64,000 bases of DNA from Thermofilaceae archaeon (GTDB lineage: Archaea > Thermoproteota > Thermoprotei > Thermofilales > Thermofilaceae). A program made the position numbers and the translations under genes. Each line of letters opens with the position of its first letter. The first letter of the stretch is position 1. The notes below the pieces were generated by a model. It saw nothing but the letters and a program-made list of their open reading frames with translations. It ran no database searches and was not told the origin of the DNA. Positions 54,132-64,000 of this stretch are shown one piece after another. The stretch spans positions 1 through 64,000 of the forward strand of contig JAVYWK010000010.1 in assembly GCA_038727095.1 (NCBI GenBank). Reading direction: 5' to 3'.

Positions 54132-54839
54132 TTAGAGGAGGTTCTTCCACTCGAGGAGCCTGATCGCCTCGAGGAAACCCCTGTAGAAGTCGCCTTCCAC
54201 CGTGTACGTGGCCTTCTCCCTAACCCGGGCGGGAGCGTTAGCGAGCGCTACGCTTACGCCGGCGACCTCGAACATCGGGATGTCGACCTCGCTATCCCCG
54301 ACAGCTGCGACCAGGGAGGGGTCGATGTTCAGCATCCCGCAGGCCTCCAGTAGGCCTCGAGCCTTATTGACCCCCTTCCTGTGGACGTGGATCGCCCAGC
54401 CGCTATCGACGACCTCGAACCCCCTCGGCTCGAGGACGCGTGCAGCCCTCTCCACAGCCTCCTCCCGGCTCAGGTTCGGCGCCGGGTGGAAGGCTAGGTC
54501 GACGAACCTGTACTCGTTCTGCCAGCTGTTGAGGAGCACGCCATTCAGCTCCTCCCCGACGATCTTGAGGATCGCCTCTTTGTCCTCGATGGGTGCTAGG
54601 AGCCTATAGTCGCCTCTAAACCCTACTACCCCGCCGTTCTCGGCGACCGCCAGCCTAGTCACGGGCAGGTAGTAGGCCAGTGTTGATACAGCCGGGTAGG
54701 AGGCCCCCGAGACGATCAGCACGCTAACGCCCCGCTCTCTCAGCATCTCCAGCGCTCTGACCACTTCGTGGCGGATGACGCCCTTCTCGTCCGTTAGAGT
54801 CCCATCGAGGTCTACAGCGAGGCAGGAGATCCGACCCAT
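54132..54839 (-). CDS. HAD IIB phosphoglycolate phosphatase-like hydrolase
   Basis: DLDGTLTD, AENGG, VNKARG, VGDSEVD. Confidence 0.88.
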   Translation of the reverse strand: MGRISCLAVDLDGTLTDEKGVIRHEVVRALEMLRERGVSVLIVSGASYPAVSTLAYYLPVTRLAVAENGGVVGFRGDYRLLAPIEDKEAILKIVGEELNGVLLNSWQNEYRFVDLAFHPAPNLSREEAVERAARVLEPRGFEVVDSGWAIHVHRKGVNKARGLLEACGMLNIDPSLVAAVGDSEVDIPMFEVAGVSVALANAPARVREKATYTVEGDFYRGFLEAIRLLEWKNLL

Positions 54840-54871
54840 GTAGGGCCGCAGGCTAGTCTCTACGGGGTTGA

Positions 54872-56290
54872 TTAGGGTTTCTCCTCAAACTCCACCTTCA
54901 GCTCCAGGGCTTCGCTCCGCTGGATTGCGGTCAACTCCGCGTTTACACGCTCGATGAGCTCCCCGAGCTTCTTCCGGCTCAGCTCCCTCGTCTCGTGGCC
55001 GATGAAGTCGACCGCCCTCGTGCCCCTAGCGGCTCTCGCGTAGTCGCTCAACCTCTTGAAGAGCACCTTCACCCCGTACTCGTCGGGGTGCAGAGCCATC
55101 GGGGAGTTGGGGTCGATGGTGTAGGGGATCAACGGGTAGATTGCGGTGCACCGCTTGCCCTCGAGCAGCTTGGCTGCGAATCTCGGGATGTCCAGCGCGC
55201 TCCTCTCGGTTTCACCGGGTAGACCTAGGAGGAAGAAGACCTCCACGAGTGCTCCCACCTTTTCGGCCGCTGCTAGAGCCTTCTCGAGCGCCGCGTTCGT
55301 GAAGTACCTCTTAGCTCTGAAGCGCACCTCCTCGCTTGCGGTTTCCGGCGATACTGCGACGTCGAGGGCCGCGAAAGTCCTTGAGGCCTCCTCGAGGAGG
55401 GGTTTCGAGGGCAACCTGAAGCTCTCCCAGTACACCTTCAGGTCCAACCCTCTCTCACGAACCTCCCTGTGAAACGCCTTCCACCACCGCTCGCCCAGGA
55501 TTTGGGGGTCGTGGGTCAGTCGAGCGATCCTAACCCCCATCGAAGCCAGCTCCTCCAGCTCGCTCGCGACGAGCGCAGGGCTCCTCGAGGCCAACCCCCA
55601 CCTCCCCATCGCTAGCTTGTAGCCCTCCCTCGAACCCCCGCAGTAGATGCAGTCGAAGAGGCAGCCCCTGGCCAGCGCAAGCCAGAAGTGCGGCTGTTGG
55701 GCTGCGAGGGGCCCGTGGAGCCCAACTTGCAGGTACTCTCTAGCGTGCCTCATCACCTTAAGCCCTTCAACGTACCTCAACCCCTCGAGGCTCGGGGGGC
55801 TGCTTAAGCCCCCGTCGATCCACCTCCTCCCCGCCCTCACGTAAAGGCCACTCCAATCCTCCGGCTCCACGCCGCGGATCGCGTACTTGAGGTACTTCAG
55901 GAGGGCCTCCTCCCCCTCCCCCAGCACAACAGCGTCAACGCCGCTCGCAGCCACCACGCGCGCGAACAGCGTGGCCGTCATACCCCCCACTACGACCTTA
56001 GCGGAGGGGTTGAGGGTTTTCAGCAGCCTTACGGTGCTGAGGGCTCCGTCCGCGTGGACGAACCAGTGCAGCGAGACAGCGTAGACTTCAGCTTCAAGTC
56101 CCTTGATAACATCCGCGTACCGCTTACCGGTGAGGGCGGACTCGAGTGGTATGTTCACGATCTCCACATCGAAGCCCTCCGCTAGAGCACGCGCTGCCAG
56201 CGAGAAGACCCCGACGGGCGCAATCGCGAAAGGGTTAGCTCCGGGGGTTAGCGTGGAAGGAGGGTGGATGATGACGGCGTCCCTCGCCAT
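54872..56290 (-). CDS. B12-binding-domain radical SAM protein
   Basis: SLHWFVH, VVVGGMTAT, GEGEE, RGCLFDCIYCGG, GLPGET; start ATG 56290. Confidence 0.88.
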   Translation of the reverse strand: MARDAVIIHPPSTLTPGANPFAIAPVGVFSLAARALAEGFDVEIVNIPLESALTGKRYADVIKGLEAEVYAVSLHWFVHADGALSTVRLLKTLNPSAKVVVGGMTATLFARVVAASGVDAVVLGEGEEALLKYLKYAIRGVEPEDWSGLYVRAGRRWIDGGLSSPPSLEGLRYVEGLKVMRHAREYLQVGLHGPLAAQQPHFWLALARGCLFDCIYCGGSREGYKLAMGRWGLASRSPALVASELEELASMGVRIARLTHDPQILGERWWKAFHREVRERGLDLKVYWESFRLPSKPLLEEASRTFAALDVAVSPETASEEVRFRAKRYFTNAALEKALAAAEKVGALVEVFFLLGLPGETERSALDIPRFAAKLLEGKRCTAIYPLIPYTIDPNSPMALHPDEYGVKVLFKRLSDYARAARGTRAVDFIGHETRELSRKKLGELIERVNAELTAIQRSEALELKVEFEEKP

Positions 56291-56353
56291 GCTCGCTCTC
56301 CCCTCCTCCTTAAAAATAGGCATATTGAAAAAGCTTAAAGGCACGTATGGGGG

Positions 56354-58291
56354 GTGCGCGCCGTGGGCGTTGAGCGCCTTGAGAGCGGTTTAACGTGGAG
56401 GGCGATGGCAATCGTCGCGATGGCCGCTCTCGTCTTCGTTCCTGCAAGCACTTACCTCTACCTGGTTACGGGCGCCACGCTGGGTGTTGTCGGCACGTAC
56501 GCGATGATGATGATCTTCGCCTACATCATGAGAATGCTCGGCTTTGAGCTGAGACCCCAGGAGGTCTTCGTCACCTACGTGGGCGTGGCAGCGGTCGCGG
56601 GCCTCGCATCCACCTCCTACTTCCTCATCATCTACAGGATGTACTTCGTTGAGAGCCCTATCGCCCGCTCCTACTACATAGGCGGGGTCCCCCTGTACGA
56701 GGCGGTCCCCGAGTGGCTGGCCCCACCCCTCGGCTCAAGGGCGTACCTCGTTCGCACGTTCTTCCAGCCGGATCTCGTCAAGCCGATCGCCGCCTGGACG
56801 GTAGCGATGGTCCTTACAGTGCTCGCCGAGCTCTCCCTAGTCATACTCGCTTCTCACGCTTTTGTGGAGGTTCAGAAGCTCCCCTTCCCCTTCGCCCAGG
56901 TCGACGCAACGATCGTCACCGCAATCTCCAGCGGCGAGCGCTTCCGCGAGCTGGTCAAGTACCTGATGCCCGGCTTCTACACGGGGCTTGTCTACGGGCT
57001 GATCCTCTACCTTGGCCCCTTCCTCGGCTTCCCCATTATCCCCCTACCTTTCATCGACTTAACCCGTCTAACTTCCGCAACCCTGCCCGGGGCTGTGATC
57101 GGTGTAGCGACGAGCCTTACGGCCTGGGTAGGGGGGATGGTTGTGCCGTTGGGGATCTCCTCGGTAGCCTTGGCAACATCGGTGGCTGTCTGGGTCTTAG
57201 GCAACTACCTCATCCTGACGAACCCCTCGCTGAGGGTGGTTTTCCCCGAGTGGGGCATGGAGTACTACCAGGGGATGGATCTCGTCAGGGTGCTGCAGAG
57301 GTCTCAAGTCAGAGTTTGGCTCCCAATCCAGATCGGCGCCGCGCTCGGCTTCGCGGCCCTCGTTCTAGCCAAGTACAGGAGAGCCTTCGGTACAACGGCT
57401 AGGGCCATCTACCTGTCGATCAAGGGGGCCGGCAGGGAGAGCGTTTTCCCCCCGCTCCGCCTCGCGCTAGCCCTCTACCTAGCCGCGACGCTCACCTCCG
57501 TCGCCGTCTTCCACTACCTGATCCCCGGCTTCCCTCTCGCAATCCCGCTCGTGATGTCCCTGGTGGTCGGCACTCTGATGGGCTTTGTTTCCGCCTCTGT
57601 CGTCGGTGAGAGCGGAGCCTCCTTCTCCTCACCACCGTTCCTCTGGCACACGATCGTCTACCTGACGCCCGCGCAGCACCTCTCCCCGAGGGAGGCGTAC
57701 TCCGCCTTCGTCTACCCGCCCGTCATCGCAGGCTCGATGACCGGCGGTGGCGCTCAAGTGATGAAGGCCGCGCTGCTCACTGGCACAAAGCCCTCTGACG
57801 TCATCAAAGTGTGGATTCTCGCCTTCGCGTTAGGGGTTCTCATCAACCTTCTGTCCCTGGACATGCTGTGGAGGATCGCGCCTATACCGAGCAGCGCTTA
57901 CCCGAGCACTGTCATTTCGATGCCGGCGACGGCGATGATCGACGCTCTCCTCGTCACAAGGGGGTTGAGGATCGAGCCCGGGATTCTGATGGGCTCGGCG
58001 GCGGGAGCCGTGATGATGGCGGCCCTCGTCGAGGCCTTGGCAAAGCTGCTCAAGGTTGGGGTCTCCTCCTCCGGCCTACTGCTCGGCCTCTTCACTCCCC
58101 CCGTAACGGCGATACCGATGTTCACCGGCTCAGCGCTCGGCTGGCTGGTGTTGCGCCGCAGGTTTAAGGAGCGCTGGGAGCAGGCCCGCTACGCGATTGT
58201 CGCCGGGACTTTGATAGGGGAGGGGTTGGCGGCTACAATAGCTATAATAGGCTTAATGCTGTCGAAAGCCTCGTGGCTCTGGCCGTGGTGA
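56354..58291 (+). CDS. OPT-like polytopic membrane protein (module copy 2, subunit A)
   Basis: SGLTWRA, QKLPFP, PIPSSAYP, KASWLWPW end like KATWIKPW of copy 1. Confidence 0.8.
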   Translation: MRAVGVERLESGLTWRAMAIVAMAALVFVPASTYLYLVTGATLGVVGTYAMMMIFAYIMRMLGFELRPQEVFVTYVGVAAVAGLASTSYFLIIYRMYFVESPIARSYYIGGVPLYEAVPEWLAPPLGSRAYLVRTFFQPDLVKPIAAWTVAMVLTVLAELSLVILASHAFVEVQKLPFPFAQVDATIVTAISSGERFRELVKYLMPGFYTGLVYGLILYLGPFLGFPIIPLPFIDLTRLTSATLPGAVIGVATSLTAWVGGMVVPLGISSVALATSVAVWVLGNYLILTNPSLRVVFPEWGMEYYQGMDLVRVLQRSQVRVWLPIQIGAALGFAALVLAKYRRAFGTTARAIYLSIKGAGRESVFPPLRLALALYLAATLTSVAVFHYLIPGFPLAIPLVMSLVVGTLMGFVSASVVGESGASFSSPPFLWHTIVYLTPAQHLSPREAYSAFVYPPVIAGSMTGGGAQVMKAALLTGTKPSDVIKVWILAFALGVLINLLSLDMLWRIAPIPSSAYPSTVISMPATAMIDALLVTRGLRIEPGILMGSAAGAVMMAALVEALAKLLKVGVSSSGLLLGLFTPPVTAIPMFTGSALGWLVLRRRFKERWEQARYAIVAGTLIGEGLAATIAIIGLMLSKASWLWPW

Positions 58292-58296
58292 GGGGG

Positions 58297-61200
58297 ATGC
58301 GGCGCAACACCCCTATTATTGCGCTCGCAGTCCTGCTGCTGTCGCAGGCCCTGCTCTTCGCACAGCCCCCGCAGGCATCGGAGCTCGAGAGGCTTGAAGC
58401 CCTTCTCAACGCGCTGGATACCAGCGCTGTACAGCGGCACGCTACCACGATCTCGGGCTTCGGGTCGAGGCTGACGGGCTACGAGGGCTACAACAGGACA
58501 TTGGAGTACGTTGTAGCCGCGCTGAGGGGCTACGGGCTTGAAACCGTGCTCCAACCCTTCCGGGTTCTGGTTCCATGGGACGCGGGGAGCACCATCCGAG
58601 TGCCCGAGCTGGGCATCGAGATCAGGGCTCACTGCGCCTGGCCGAACGGACACGTGGGAACGTGGAGCGTCAGAGGGCTTCGCGGCAAGCTGGTCTACGT
58701 GGGTAGGGGGGAGCTGGAGGACTTCGAGGGGAGGGAGATCGAGGGAAGCATCGTCGTCATGGACTTCGCGAGCTTGGGTAACTGGAGGAACGCGGTCAAG
58801 CTGGGGGCGAAGGCCGTGATCTTCGTCGATACCGGGGGAGGAGATAGGTACGAGGCTTACACGAAGTTCGAGTGGTACGCCTTCTACCCCTTCGTGAGGC
58901 TCTACGTGTCGGGCGGGGAAGCGCGCAGGTTGATCGAGCTGGCCAGGAGGGGGTTTGAGGCGGAAATCGACTCGAAGCTCGAGTTGAGGGCTGTCACGGC
59001 GTACAACGTCCTGGTCAGAGTTCCAGGCCGGCGGGAGGGCGAAGCGATCATGGTGGTAGCCAGTGTCGACGCGTGGTCTGTCGTCCCGGCCATGGCGAGC
59101 AGCGTGCAGGATGCTGTGAACGTGGGCCTGCTGCTGGAGCTCGCGAGGATCGCTGGGCAGGCTCAGCTGGAGAGGTCGTTGTGGATCGCGTTTCTCTCCG
59201 GCCACTGGCAGGGCTTGGCTGGCGCCCGGGCTCTAGCTGAGAACTTCACGAGGGACCCCGATCTGACCGGCGGGAGGATCGTGGTCTGGTACGTGGTGGG
59301 AATCGACCTATCCGATGACTTCCCCGGCGTCTCCCTAACCTATATGGGGCACTTCTACCGTGCGGGCAGGGCACTCTTCACGGCGAAGTACAGCTGGATC
59401 CAGGAGGCCGTTGGAACCCAGCTCTCCAGCTTCCTCAAAGGCTACCTGCAGCGTAGGAACCTCATCCCTGCTAACCTGATGGGCGCGATCGACACGCTCG
59501 GCCTCGTCAGGGAAGTCGACCTTGTTGAAGGCCCCGATTGGAGCTGGAGCGGCACGATGGCGACCCCCTACATCCTCGACACTGAGCCTTTCGTTGTGGC
59601 CGGGATGGCCGGCTTCACGATAAGGACCCAGTTCAGCTACAGGAACTGGGAGGGTGTTCCCGGCGCCACTAGCATGCGCTGGGAGTACGTCCTACCCCAG
59701 CTCTACCAGGCTTCCGCTGTAGTGCTGTACGCCACGATTGCCGAGGCTGTTAGGCTCACCCCTGCCAGCGCGAGACCCGCGCGCTTCACGGGGCTGGGCG
59801 GAGGTGGCGCAGCGGGAGTCATGTTCTGGGGCTTGATAACCTTCCGGGTTAGCGTAGCCTCCTTCAACATCACAGCCGGCTGGTACACGCCCGTGCAGCA
59901 CGCTATCGTCAGAGTTTGGAGCTACCCGCACGACTACCCCTTCGCCTCCGCGCTAGCGCTCACGGGAGCTGACGGGGTCGCAGAGGTCGTTGGGCTCGCT
60001 CCTCAGGGCGTCTGCTACTGGAGGATCGACGCCGTGCGGATCGACCCTGACGGCGTCTACACCGTCGATTTCGGCGTCTACGGAGTCCAGCCGGCAGCAC
60101 TCGTTGTAGGCGCGCTGCAGGACCCGATGCCGGTCTTCGTCCCAGTCTTCAAGGGTGGGGTGCTTGTTCTAGCCGACCTTGTTTCACCGCGCCTCTTCAG
60201 GGCGGGGGCTGCCGACGATCCGAGGATGGGAGGGATCAGGACTTGGTACAGCCTGGGTAGGGAGGTTAGAGTCTACGAGGTGGGGACGAGGGCGGAGCCC
60301 ATGTTCTGGGGCGTTTACGGTTTACCGCAGGACGAGGTCGTCCTGGTCTCAGCGCCGATCGGTTCGAGGATGGTTGTTGCCGCTAAGCCGGAGAATCCAC
60401 CGCTTGAGCCGAGGCCGGTCATACTGCTGGCGAACTCCAGCGAAGCTGAGCCTGAAGGGGTGGGAGTGCCGGTGGAGCCGGGCTTCACGGTAATCTCGAG
60501 GTCGGCTCTCGCGTACGCGATCGACCTTTACCGAACGGCGAGACACAGGTACGAGCAGCTCAGGGGTAGGATGGTGAGGAGGCTGAGCGCTGAGGTCTAC
60601 GAGGCGAGGGCTGGTGAGTACATCCAGCGAGCCCTGGCGGCCTACCGGGAGCACAGGTACGCGGAAGCCTACAGGTACTCGCTCCTCGCCCTATCGTACG
60701 CCGCCCGCTTCTACTCAGACGAGGTCATGCCCCTCTACGACGAGATTGGGAGGACAGCCGTGCTCATGCTCTTCCTCTTCCTACCCTCAGCCTTCTTCCT
60801 GGAGCGCCTACTGGTGCACAGGGAGGGCATGCGGAGGATCCTGTCCACGCTGGTGATCGGCGCTGTAGCCGTGCTCCTCTTCTCGCTCGCACACCCAGCG
60901 CTCAGCGTTCTCGCGAACTCCGCGATGGCGGTAATGGCCGTGGCGATCCTACTGGTCACCTTGCTGCTCTTCTACGTCTTCTTCAGCGAAACTTCGAGCG
61001 CGCTGCTCTCCTACGCCGAATCGAGGATCGGAGCCCACGAGTTCAGGAGGGAAGAGGCGGCTGCAGCTCTCTTGGCCATCTCAACGAGCTTGGAGAACAT
61101 GAGGAAGAGGCCGCTCAGGACAACCCTCACGCTGCTGACAATAATCGCCGTTGCGACTGCCGTGGTTGCGCTCACCTCAACCTCCCCCACCGTCTACGTG

Positions 61201-62760
61201 TCTACATCGGCTAGAGCGGCTCAAGCCCCCTACGAGAGCGTCCTAGTGAGAAGGGGGTTCGGCGTCTTGCAAGACGTACTCAGTCCTTACACAGTTGAAG
61301 CAGTGAAGGGGTTAGCGCCCACTGGCAGCGTAGCCCCCAGGCTTTGGTACTACCCCGTCTCGGTCAATAAGGTTGGTCCCTACGGCTTAATCGTTAGCGA
61401 GAGAGGTAGCCTCGCAGTCCAAGCGGTGCTAGGCTTCACGCCCATCGAAGCTGAAGCCCTCCTTAGTGGAGCTTTGGAGAGCGGCTCGACCATCGGGAGG
61501 GGCCAGGTTTACGCCTGCCTCCTGACCTCATCACAAGCCAGGCTGCTCAACGTGAGCGTGGGCGATGCGGTGGAGTTCATGGGGTTCAAACTGGTCGTCG
61601 TGGGCATCCTAAGTGATGAAGCGCTGCTAGGCTTGCCGCGTGACCCCGACGGGTACTACTACGTGCCGATCGATCCCACCTACTCGAACGTCCTCTACGG
61701 CTTCACCTTCGGGGGAGGTCAGATATCCCCCACGCCTCTCTCCTGGGACCGCGTGCTGATAGTCAGCGGTAGTTTCGCCGCTAAGCTGGGAGCGTTCATC
61801 AACAGCATCAGCGTGGCAATGCCGGGAGCCAGCGGCGGTGACCTGCTGAACCTGGCAAGCAATTTGTCCCACGTGCTGGACGCTGGAGTCTACGCCTACG
61901 CGAACGGGACCTCCTACTCCACGAGCAGGCTTTTCGGCTACGCCTTCCTCGGCTGGGAGTCTGTCGGCCCGCTGCTGATGCTGGGCGGCATCAACGTGGT
62001 GGCGACGCTGCTCGCCGCGGTCTACGAGAGGACGAGGGAGCTCTACGTTTACTCCTCGCTCGGCCTCTCACCGCGCGGCGCAGCCCTAATGTACCTCGTT
62101 GAGTTCCTCGTCTACGGCTTCATCGGAGCGTTCGTTGGCTACATGGCCGGGTGGATGGCGTCGCGCTGGTTCATGGCCGCAGGCCTCCTACCGGAGACAT
62201 TCGTGTTCAACTATGCATCAGCTTCGGTGGCGCTCGCGATGGCAGCGATCGTCGCTGTCTGCGCAACTGCCTCAGCGTACCCGGCGATCAAGGCTGCGCA
62301 GCTGATCACTCCCTCCCTCGAGAGAGTGTGGAGGCCGCCGACGAAGCCGAGGGGTGACGTCTGGGAGCTCACCTTCCCGCTCAGGCTGATCTCGAGGGAG
62401 GAGGCTCTCGGTCTGCTCAACTACCTTAAGGAGTACTACCTCGGGGCGGGCTACTACAAGCCCAGCCACAGGGTGGTTAGCGTGGGTGAGATCGACGCTT
62501 CTAACCTCGAGCTTAAGCTGAGGGTCCTACTCACCCCCACTGAGAGCGGGACAGAGCAGGAGGTCTCGATCAAGATTATTGAGCAGCCGGGCCGGAGGTT
62601 CAGCGTAGCAGTGGCGGCCCGCTTCCTCGGGGGGTCGAGAGCCGTGTGGACGAGCTCCAACATCTACTACCTCGACGACTTGAGGAAGCAACTGCTCCTC
62701 TGGGTTTCGCTCCCCGGAAAAGAGAAGGGCAGGTACATGCGAGAAGCTAAATCTCAATGA
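58297..62760 (+). CDS. PA domain + M28-peptidase-like + FtsX/MacB-like permease fusion (module copy 2)
   Basis: Collinear with 8685-13127: RLTGYEG, GAKAVIF, SGHWQGLAGAR, ERTRELYVYSSLG, TPSLER, LRKQLLLW. Confidence 0.88.
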   Translation: MRRNTPIIALAVLLLSQALLFAQPPQASELERLEALLNALDTSAVQRHATTISGFGSRLTGYEGYNRTLEYVVAALRGYGLETVLQPFRVLVPWDAGSTIRVPELGIEIRAHCAWPNGHVGTWSVRGLRGKLVYVGRGELEDFEGREIEGSIVVMDFASLGNWRNAVKLGAKAVIFVDTGGGDRYEAYTKFEWYAFYPFVRLYVSGGEARRLIELARRGFEAEIDSKLELRAVTAYNVLVRVPGRREGEAIMVVASVDAWSVVPAMASSVQDAVNVGLLLELARIAGQAQLERSLWIAFLSGHWQGLAGARALAENFTRDPDLTGGRIVVWYVVGIDLSDDFPGVSLTYMGHFYRAGRALFTAKYSWIQEAVGTQLSSFLKGYLQRRNLIPANLMGAIDTLGLVREVDLVEGPDWSWSGTMATPYILDTEPFVVAGMAGFTIRTQFSYRNWEGVPGATSMRWEYVLPQLYQASAVVLYATIAEAVRLTPASARPARFTGLGGGGAAGVMFWGLITFRVSVASFNITAGWYTPVQHAIVRVWSYPHDYPFASALALTGADGVAEVVGLAPQGVCYWRIDAVRIDPDGVYTVDFGVYGVQPAALVVGALQDPMPVFVPVFKGGVLVLADLVSPRLFRAGAADDPRMGGIRTWYSLGREVRVYEVGTRAEPMFWGVYGLPQDEVVLVSAPIGSRMVVAAKPENPPLEPRPVILLANSSEAEPEGVGVPVEPGFTVISRSALAYAIDLYRTARHRYEQLRGRMVRRLSAEVYEARAGEYIQRALAAYREHRYAEAYRYSLLALSYAARFYSDEVMPLYDEIGRTAVLMLFLFLPSAFFLERLLVHREGMRRILSTLVIGAVAVLLFSLAHPALSVLANSAMAVMAVAILLVTLLLFYVFFSETSSALLSYAESRIGAHEFRREEAAAALLAISTSLENMRKRPLRTTLTLLTIIAVATAVVALTSTSPTVYVSTSARAAQAPYESVLVRRGFGVLQDVLSPYTVEAVKGLAPTGSVAPRLWYYPVSVNKVGPYGLIVSERGSLAVQAVLGFTPIEAEALLSGALESGSTIGRGQVYACLLTSSQARLLNVSVGDAVEFMGFKLVVVGILSDEALLGLPRDPDGYYYVPIDPTYSNVLYGFTFGGGQISPTPLSWDRVLIVSGSFAAKLGAFINSISVAMPGASGGDLLNLASNLSHVLDAGVYAYANGTSYSTSRLFGYAFLGWESVGPLLMLGGINVVATLLAAVYERTRELYVYSSLGLSPRGAALMYLVEFLVYGFIGAFVGYMAGWMASRWFMAAGLLPETFVFNYASASVALAMAAIVAVCATASAYPAIKAAQLITPSLERVWRPPTKPRGDVWELTFPLRLISREEALGLLNYLKEYYLGAGYYKPSHRVVSVGEIDASNLELKLRVLLTPTESGTEQEVSIKIIEQPGRRFSVAVAARFLGGSRAVWTSSNIYYLDDLRKQLLLWVSLPGKEKGRYMREAKSQ

Positions 62761-62851
62761 CGCTTCCTAGATCTAATTCCTGTTATTGCTTATCAGATAT
62801 TTTTATAAGTATAGAAAAATTTATAAGTAGGTAATGTATATAATAGTATCG

Positions 62852-64000
62852 ATGGGGCAGGAAAAACCTGCTGAGGCCAAGGTTGAGCGCATCCGTGTTT
62901 TAACGCCCCCGCTCCTGATAACTGTGATCATCCTCACGATAGGCAGCGAGATCTTCACCATCTGGTTTAGATCGCTCACTACGAAGATGTGGTCTTACAC
63001 TGGCTGGTTCATCGGCGCCTTCTACGTAGTCTTGATCATGCAGCTCCTAGGGATGCTCAGCCCCAAGCTGAGGCTTAACCCAGGGCAGCAGCTGCTACTC
63101 CTCCTCCCGTTCTGGTACGCGGCCGGTAAAGCCTTCATGATCACAGGCGCGGGCGGTGAAAACTGGCATGAGATGCTGTACCCGATCTGGTCCTTCCTCA
63201 TCAGAGGGTTAAGGGAGCCCGCGCTGAGGACTTATACTTGGGATCTCACGCCCTCACTAATAGCCCCCAAGGATCTAACCGAGCTGGATAAGATCTGGAG
63301 GGGCTTGATGCCCGGCGAGGTGATCAACTGGGGGCCGTGGATGGCGCCCATCGCGTTCTGGAGTCTCTGGCTGATCGTTACGACGCTCATCATTGTAACC
63401 CTCGTCTACACCGTGATCGGTCCCCAGACGGTTGAGGTTGAACGGCTCGTGTACCCGATGAGCGTCCCGGCCACCGTTCTGCTCACGAACGCTGGCACGT
63501 GGGTTGAGGTCGGAGGTAAAGCCAGGTCGAAGCTCTTCGACCTAGCCGATATGAGGATGAGGATCTTCTGGATCTCCTTCGTCGTTGGAGCCCTCTTCCT
63601 ATCGATGATCCCGCTGCTAATGGAGGTTCTACCGGTGATCCCTGTGCTCGGAGCGTTCCTCTGGGGCGAGATACCCCTCTCGCTGCAGACGTGGTTCAAC
63701 ACAGCTGCAGTACTCCCCGGCGGCCACTTCTACGCGGTCTTCATAATCCACCAGGCGATCCTCATGACGCTGCTCCCCTACGACGTGCTGATAACGCCCG
63801 TGATAATCTGGCTGATCGTCTACCTCATCTACGTCCCACTGGGCGTTCGGATGGGCTTCCTCCCGTACACTCCGGGCGTCGAAGGGTGGGCGAACTGGTA
63901 CTACGGATACATGTCACCGTTCCCGTTCGCAGCTTTCGCGATCTACGGCATGTCACTCGGACTCGGATTGCTGACGCTCTGGGAGGCAAGAGGTACGGTT
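62852..64000 (+). CDS. DUF6785-like membrane protein (module copy 2, subunit B), runs off window end
   Basis: Absent from ORF track (no stop); MGQEKP...LGMLSPKLRL, WGPWMAP, VEVERLVYP and SKLFD match 13150-15195. Confidence 0.8.
   Translation, partial: MGQEKPAEAKVERIRVLTPPLLITVIILTIGSEIFTIWFRSLTTKMWSYTGWFIGAFYVVLIMQLLGMLSPKLRLNPGQQLLLLLPFWYAAGKAFMITGAGGENWHEMLYPIWSFLIRGLREPALRTYTWDLTPSLIAPKDLTELDKIWRGLMPGEVINWGPWMAPIAFWSLWLIVTTLIIVTLVYTVIGPQTVEVERLVYPMSVPATVLLTNAGTWVEVGGKARSKLFDLADMRMRIFWISFVVGALFLSMIPLLMEVLPVIPVLGAFLWGEIPLSLQTWFNTAAVLPGGHFYAVFIIHQAILMTLLPYDVLITPVIIWLIVYLIYVPLGVRMGFLPYTPGVEGWANWYYGYMSPFPFAAFAIYGMSLGLGLLTLWEARGTV

Noticed and set aside
1-64000. tRNA, rRNA, integrase or IS elements
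   Set aside because: No cloverleaf/T-loop context, rRNA-like tract, recombinase or transposase motif seen by eye; tRNAscan-SE and ISEScan would confirm

Overview
GC-rich archaeal chromosome segment. Gene content, TATA-box promoters with near-leaderless starts and a C/D-box sRNA fit a Thermoproteota archaeon; a Thermofilaceae-like organism is an inference. I found about 60 credible CDSs and no rRNA, tRNA, CRISPR array or transposase. Four modules stand out. (1) A three-gene, ATPase-less membrane system occurs twice (6680-15195 and 56354->64000): an OPT-like permease, a ~1480-aa PA/M28-pseudopeptidase-FtsX fusion and a DUF6785-like permease. The first copy sits in a low-GC island bracketed by an intact and a decayed ccdA. 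(2) A small-GTPase signalling cluster (29474-33230) holds a Rab-like GTPase, a Cvn/MglA-like GTPase, two roadblock proteins plus a membrane-anchored roadblock-like protein, a Zn-ribbon protein and a methyltransferase-like protein. (3) Back-to-back with it lies a type IV pilus locus (33980-45225) whose ATPase has a C-terminal winged helix, followed by four winged-helix genes. (4) A bacterial-type pta-ackA-GlmU-like-acpP operon with acpS and a SIS-only GlmS/GlmD (47946-53262) places an acyl carrier protein in an archaeon with no fatty-acid synthase genes nearby. All family calls come from motif recognition by eye and GC remarks are visual estimates; no database search was run.
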